A DNA stretch of 64,000 nt, taken from contig CALDOJ010000035.1 of the NCBI GenBank assembly GCA_937912225.1, positions 10,571 to 74,570 of the forward strand, read 5' to 3'. Both the position numbers and the translations under genes were made by a program. This document shows positions 60,273-64,000 of this stretch, piece after piece. The stretch's first letter is position 1, and every line of letters starts with the position of its first letter. The notes under the pieces were generated by a model. It was not told where the DNA came from. It did no database searches and saw only the letters and a program-made list of their open reading frames with translations. Source of the DNA: Candidatus Woesearchaeota archaeon (GTDB lineage Archaea > Nanobdellota > Nanobdellia > Woesearchaeales > GCA-2686295).

Positions 60273-60881
60273 ATGGCTTTTGACTGGTATGCATTATTTC
60301 CTGCTCACATAGGTTCTAAAATGTCTGGAACTGTGGGAAAACTTGAACATGAATTATCTAAATTTGATATTCATGAAAAGTTGTTAGAAATTGGAACTGC
60401 AGAAGCATATAATCTTTGTGAACTTGCAAAGAAAGAATTAATTTCTGAAGGTGTAGGATTTGACATTTCTAAAAAAAGAATTGCAAAAGCTAAAGAAAGA
60501 ATTTCAGACGAAGGTTTAGCTCATAAAGTGCAAGTATATGTTGGAACTGAACATACTATTAATTATGAAGATGGTTTTTTTGATGTGACCATTATACCTC
60601 AAGTTTTAGAACATGTTCCCAAACAAGAAGGAGTCTTGAATATTCTTCAAGAAGCAACAAGAATTTCAAATCAAGGAGTATTAATATCTTTGCCATTAAG
60701 AGATTCGAATCAAATGTTGATGCGGTATGCAAAATTTCTTGACCCTGATCATGTAAAAGGATTAATTAAACATAAAAATTCTTGGATTTATGATTCAAAA
60801 CAAGTAGAAATGTTTTTTGAAGAGAATAATTTTAGTTTTGAAAGGTCATCTGATAATGATGAGTTTTATATTTTAAAATAA
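60273..60881 (+). CDS. class I SAM-dependent methyltransferase
   Basis: Motif I-like LLEIGTAEAYN, post-I GVGFDIS, and FDVTIIPQVLEHVP, typical of Methyltransf_11-type enzymes. Confidence 0.65.
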   Translation: MAFDWYALFPAHIGSKMSGTVGKLEHELSKFDIHEKLLEIGTAEAYNLCELAKKELISEGVGFDISKKRIAKAKERISDEGLAHKVQVYVGTEHTINYEDGFFDVTIIPQVLEHVPKQEGVLNILQEATRISNQGVLISLPLRDSNQMLMRYAKFLDPDHVKGLIKHKNSWIYDSKQVEMFFEENNFSFERSSDNDEFYILK

Positions 60882-61652
60882 TTAAAAATCTTTTGTCTTC
60901 TTCCACAGAATTCCTTCAAGCATTTCTTTAATCTTTTCTTTATATGAACCAACACCTTTCCAATCAACAATCACTAGCTCTGCTTTAGGAACGGTCTTAT
61001 TCATTGCTTGAGCTAACATTTCTTTATCTAAATTTTCAAGGTTATACTTTGGACAACAATGACCTATGGCAATTTCATCACCAAGAATTATTTTTTTAAA
61101 ACTAGGCATGTGATGTAATCCTCCAATACCTACTGCAGTTTTACATTCTGGAATTTTCATTTCTAATAATTCAACAATTGTATTTGCAATTAACTCACCT
61201 GCTTTTTTATTCTGCCATTCACTAATACTTGAACCAATTTCAATAAAGAATGAAGGAACGTTTAAATCAGGACCGTGATGGGTTACTTCTTGAATAACTT
61301 CATAATGTAATTCTTCTGCTTTAACTTCTAATATTTTCATTCCTGCTTTAAGCCAATTTGCTGGACTTATTCCTAGATTTTTTTCAGAACCTCCAAGAAC
61401 TGCCTCACCCCAATTACCCTGGGTATGAACACTTAAAGAATGAACTCCTGATTTACTTTGATGCATTGTAGGAAAAATAATCATATCACAATCTAATCTT
61501 TCATCAATATTCTCTAAATAGATAGAATCTTTATCTTCAAAATATAATTTAACTTGGTGTTTGCCCATTTCATCTTTAATTCTGTCAACTAGAAAAGAAT
61601 GGATATTAGCACTAGCTTCATCATCTTTCGAACAAATAATTGCGATTATCAA
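60882..61652 (-). CDS. dtdA: D-aminoacyl-tRNA deacylase, archaeal type (DTD2/DtdA)
   Basis: 256 aa. IIAIICSKDDEASANI, PTMHQSKSG, SLSVHTQGNWG, EVTHHGP, FFIEIGSS..EW and GIGGLHHMP resemble the DtdA family. TTG start. Confidence 0.65.
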   Translation of the reverse strand: MIIAIICSKDDEASANIHSFLVDRIKDEMGKHQVKLYFEDKDSIYLENIDERLDCDMIIFPTMHQSKSGVHSLSVHTQGNWGEAVLGGSEKNLGISPANWLKAGMKILEVKAEELHYEVIQEVTHHGPDLNVPSFFIEIGSSISEWQNKKAGELIANTIVELLEMKIPECKTAVGIGGLHHMPSFKKIILGDEIAIGHCCPKYNLENLDKEMLAQAMNKTVPKAELVIVDWKGVGSYKEKIKEMLEGILWKKTKDF

Positions 61653-61773
61653 AATTTCACCTTTAAAAAATTTCGGACCAAAAAAGTTTTAACTTTTTTG
61701 ATTTCATAAAGAATAAAACAACTAATCAAGTTAAAAATTTTGTGGAAAAATTTGTAAGATTTTTAAATGAACA

Positions 61774-62577
61774 ATGATTACTATTAATATGGTAGAAGCA
61801 AATTTAATCAAAATTGAAGATATTTCCATCGAACAACTCGCAAGTATTTGTGATCATACATTTCTAAATAGAAGTGAAGCATTTAAACATGTTGCAAAAA
61901 AAGGACAGAGTTCAATAAAACTTAGAAGCGTATCCTTTCAACAATTCTTAGAAAAAACTATTAATTTGAGATTCTTACCTTTTTCAGTCTGTGTTAGGCC
62001 TGAAGAAGTAAGCCATACAGTTAAATTTCTAAAAGATAATAATCGATCAAGAATTAAAGTCGCATCAGTTATTGGATTTCCAGACGGATCATTATACGGC
62101 ACAGATTTTAAAGTTGCAGAAACCAATCTTGCAATTGATCATGGTGCAGATGAAATTGATATGGTTCTAAACATTCTTAAATTTAAAGAAGGAGATTTTA
62201 ATTTTGTAAAAGAAGATATAAACGCGGTTGTTACAGCAGCACATGCAAAAGGCGCAATTGTAAAACTTATTTTAGAAAACTCAGAACTAAACTTGGAAGA
62301 AACAAGAAAGATTTGTGAATTGGCAAACGAAACAAATCTTGACTTTGTAAAAACATCAACTGGATTTAGTGGTAGTGGAGCAAAATTTGAAGATCTTAAA
62401 GTTATGAGGGACGTTTTCAAAAAAGGAGTAAAAATGTCTGGGGGGGTTAAGATGATGAATGTAAAAGAGCTCTTAACAGCAGTCTCTGGTAGAACTGATG
62501 GGCTGATTGAATTGAATCCTAATAAAATTAGAATTGGAGAAAGCAGTTTATTAAGTGGTGCAAAAGCGGATTATTAA
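61774..62577 (+). CDS. deoC: deoxyribose-phosphate aldolase
   Basis: ICDHTFLN, SVCVRPEEV, VASVIGFPDG, GADEIDMVLNI, VKLILENSEL, DFVKTSTGF (Schiff-base Lys context). Confidence 0.8.
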   Translation: MITINMVEANLIKIEDISIEQLASICDHTFLNRSEAFKHVAKKGQSSIKLRSVSFQQFLEKTINLRFLPFSVCVRPEEVSHTVKFLKDNNRSRIKVASVIGFPDGSLYGTDFKVAETNLAIDHGADEIDMVLNILKFKEGDFNFVKEDINAVVTAAHAKGAIVKLILENSELNLEETRKICELANETNLDFVKTSTGFSGSGAKFEDLKVMRDVFKKGVKMSGGVKMMNVKELLTAVSGRTDGLIELNPNKIRIGESSLLSGAKADY

Positions 62578-62586
62578 AAAAATTAC

Positions 62587-62702
62587 TTTCTATCGCAAGA
62601 AAAATTGAAAATTTTTGTGTAGTAAAAAACTAAGTTTTCTATTACAAGAAAAATTAAAAATTTTTATGTGCTAAAAAACTACGTTTTTTATCACAATAAA
62701 AC
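62587..62702 (+). repeat. about 48-nt tandem repeat, 2.4 copies, each with an A/T hairpin
   Basis: TTTCTATCGCAAGAAAAATTGAAAATTTTTGTGTAGTAAAAAACTAAG / TTTTCTATTACAAGAAAAATTAAAAATTTTTATGTGCTAAAAAACTACG / TTTTTTATCACAATAAAAC. Lies between the deoC stop and the HAD gene start. Confidence 0.75.
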
Positions 62703-62731
62703 TTATAAACTCTTACTTTCCCCGATGAAGG

Positions 62732-63424
62732 ATGGCGAATAAGTATAAATTGGTTTGTTTTGATTTAGACGGAACATTAATCGACATGCCTGGACATGTT
62801 TGGGAACAAATCCATGAATTCTTTGGAACTATGGATGAACGTGATAAAACTTTTGAAGACTATAAAGTTGGAAGAATTTCTTATCAAGAATGGTTTGAAG
62901 CAGATGTTAAAATCTGGGCTAATGCAGGTGCTAATAAAGATAAATTATTGGAAGCTGTAAAAGATGTTCAATTACATGAAGGAGCTCTTGAAACACTTCA
63001 AAAAATAAAAAATAATGGATTATCAATTGCTTTAATTTCAGGAAGTTTGAACTTTGTATTTGAACACATTTTTAGACAACACACAATGCTTTTTGACTAT
63101 GTATTTATTAACAAAATTTATTTTGGTGAAGGTGGAAGTATTATTGGTGGAAAACACAATCCTTACGATGGAGCTGGAAAAGCAGAAGGTCTTAAAAAGA
63201 TTGCAGAAGAAACTGGTTTTTCATTAGAACAATGTGTTTTTGTTGGAGACAATGATAATGATATTGAAATTGCACAAACAGCAGGATTATCAATTGCATT
63301 TATGCATAAATCAGAAAGACTTGCTCAAGTTTCAAATGTTGTTGTTAAAGATAATAATTTGAAAGCAATCTTACCATATATTCTGCCTGCAGAAAAAAGT
63401 AATCCAAGCCCTTTTGATTTGTGA
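62732..63424 (+). CDS. HAD-superfamily phosphatase (subfamily IB, SerB-like)
   Basis: Motif I VCFDLDGTLID, motif II ISGSLNF, motif III/IV K...GDNDNDIE. Confidence 0.75.
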   Translation: MANKYKLVCFDLDGTLIDMPGHVWEQIHEFFGTMDERDKTFEDYKVGRISYQEWFEADVKIWANAGANKDKLLEAVKDVQLHEGALETLQKIKNNGLSIALISGSLNFVFEHIFRQHTMLFDYVFINKIYFGEGGSIIGGKHNPYDGAGKAEGLKKIAEETGFSLEQCVFVGDNDNDIEIAQTAGLSIAFMHKSERLAQVSNVVVKDNNLKAILPYILPAEKSNPSPFDL

Positions 63425-63452
63425 TTAGAATTCTAAAAAAATAAAAGAAAAA

Positions 63453-63499
63453 AATGCTCAGAACTAAAAGTTCTGGCAAGTTTTAAAAAATTAAAACTT
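63453..63499 (+). repeat. AATGCTCAG-type multi-hairpin intergenic element, copy 4
   Basis: AATGCTCAGAACTAAAAGTTCTGGCAAGTTTTAAAAAATTAAAACTT. Hairpins CAGAAC/GTTCTG and AAGTTTTAA/TTAAAACTT. Lies between convergent stops at 63424 and 63521. Confidence 0.75.
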
Positions 63500-63520
63500 A
63501 AAAAAAAATAGAAGTAAATT

Positions 63521-63934
63521 TTACTTCTTTTTCTTGCAAATTACTCTTTCTAAGCCTAGTACTCCTTCGCCTGAAAACATCAATGAAAGTGCTACTAGTA
63601 AACTAACAGCTGCTTTTCCATAATTAACGAACTGTCCACCATCAAAGTGTGCGGTCAAAAGAGCTACTACCATGATTATTGATAGCAATGCTGATGCATA
63701 TCTTGTGGCTAAACCAATAAGAACTGCTATTCCTCCTAAGAGTTCTACAAGTCCTACAACTACTGCAAAGAATCCTGCCAGTGGAATTCCAAGACTGCCA
63801 AAAAAGCCTGTTGTTCCTGCTATGTTCATCAATTTTCCCCATCCTGCTGGGATGAAGATAAATGCTAACAGAAGTCTTAAAGATATTGTTGCCCATTCTT
63901 TGTGCTTATCGCACCATTCAGTCATTTTACACAT
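63521..63934 (-). CDS. DoxX-family membrane protein
   Basis: 137 aa, 4 TM. LRLLLAFIFIPAGWGKL..., GFFGSLGIP and GLVELLGGIAVLIG resemble DoxX. Confidence 0.6.
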   Translation of the reverse strand: MCKMTEWCDKHKEWATISLRLLLAFIFIPAGWGKLMNIAGTTGFFGSLGIPLAGFFAVVVGLVELLGGIAVLIGLATRYASALLSIIMVVALLTAHFDGGQFVNYGKAAVSLLVALSLMFSGEGVLGLERVICKKKK

Positions 63935-64000
63935 ATTATCACCTTTAAATTAACTATTGTTAAGTTGATTGGCATTATTCTTTATAAATTTTTTGCAAAA

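Noticed and set aside
62587-62702. Possible CRISPR array
   Set aside because: There are only 2.4 directly abutting copies of about 48 nt with no unique spacers between them. No cas genes are present in the window. It is a simple tandem repeat.
1-64000. rRNA and tRNA genes, riboswitches
   Set aside because: I scanned the intergenic spacers for GC-rich cloverleaf-like or rRNA-like stretches. All spacers are short, AT-rich and explained by promoters, terminators or the hairpin repeats. A tRNA-scan or covariance search would be needed to be certain.

Overview
This is an AT-rich archaeal chromosome fragment, probably from a DPANN-like small-genome lineage. The archaeal assignment rests on the S27e-aIF2alpha-Nop10-PAC2 operon, a thermosome, ftsZ-secE-spt5, a split transketolase, an archaeal-type D-aminoacyl-tRNA deacylase and class III signal-peptide pilins.

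Layout:
(1) 0.2-2.1 kb: translation and RNP operon.
(2) 3.0-14.6 kb: an Epd/Tad-like type IV pilus locus. It holds a TrmB regulator, five minor pilin-like genes (one a 915-aa VWA adhesin), DUF192, a coiled-coil protein, a PilB/FlaI-type ATPase, two TadB/C-like membrane genes and a major pilin followed by an 18-T terminator.
(3) 14.6-19.6 kb: non-oxidative pentose-phosphate genes (tkt N and C halves, rpiB, rpe), a BrnT-like toxin-antitoxin pair and a queuosine-salvage-like gene.
(4) 19.6-36.3 kb: mixed housekeeping genes and small secreted proteins. These include a truncated Hel308-like helicase, a 658-aa TrmB with four effector modules, the thermosome, cmk and an ABC-2 exporter.
(5) 36.5-53.6 kb: the standout region, a Tc/Rhs-type polymorphic-toxin locus. 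It has a three-repeat secreted protein, a TcB-like and a TcC-like YD-repeat shell protein that both lack the Rhs core, and an RHH regulator with an operator. Six tandem genes follow, each with a Sec-type leader, an Rhs-associated core and a different peptidase-like C-terminal tip. No immunity-sized ORFs lie between them.
(6) 53.6-64 kb: secreted NlpC/P60 and TPR proteins, a pseudouridine synthase, FKBP, ftsZ-secE-spt5, a methyltransferase, dtdA, deoC, a HAD phosphatase and DoxX.

A family of multi-hairpin intergenic elements that begin AATGCTCAG recurs at least four times. I recognised no rRNA, tRNA, CRISPR array, transposase or integrase. All functional calls come from motif recognition by eye. 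Coordinates of sub-features are hand-counted and may be off by a few nt.
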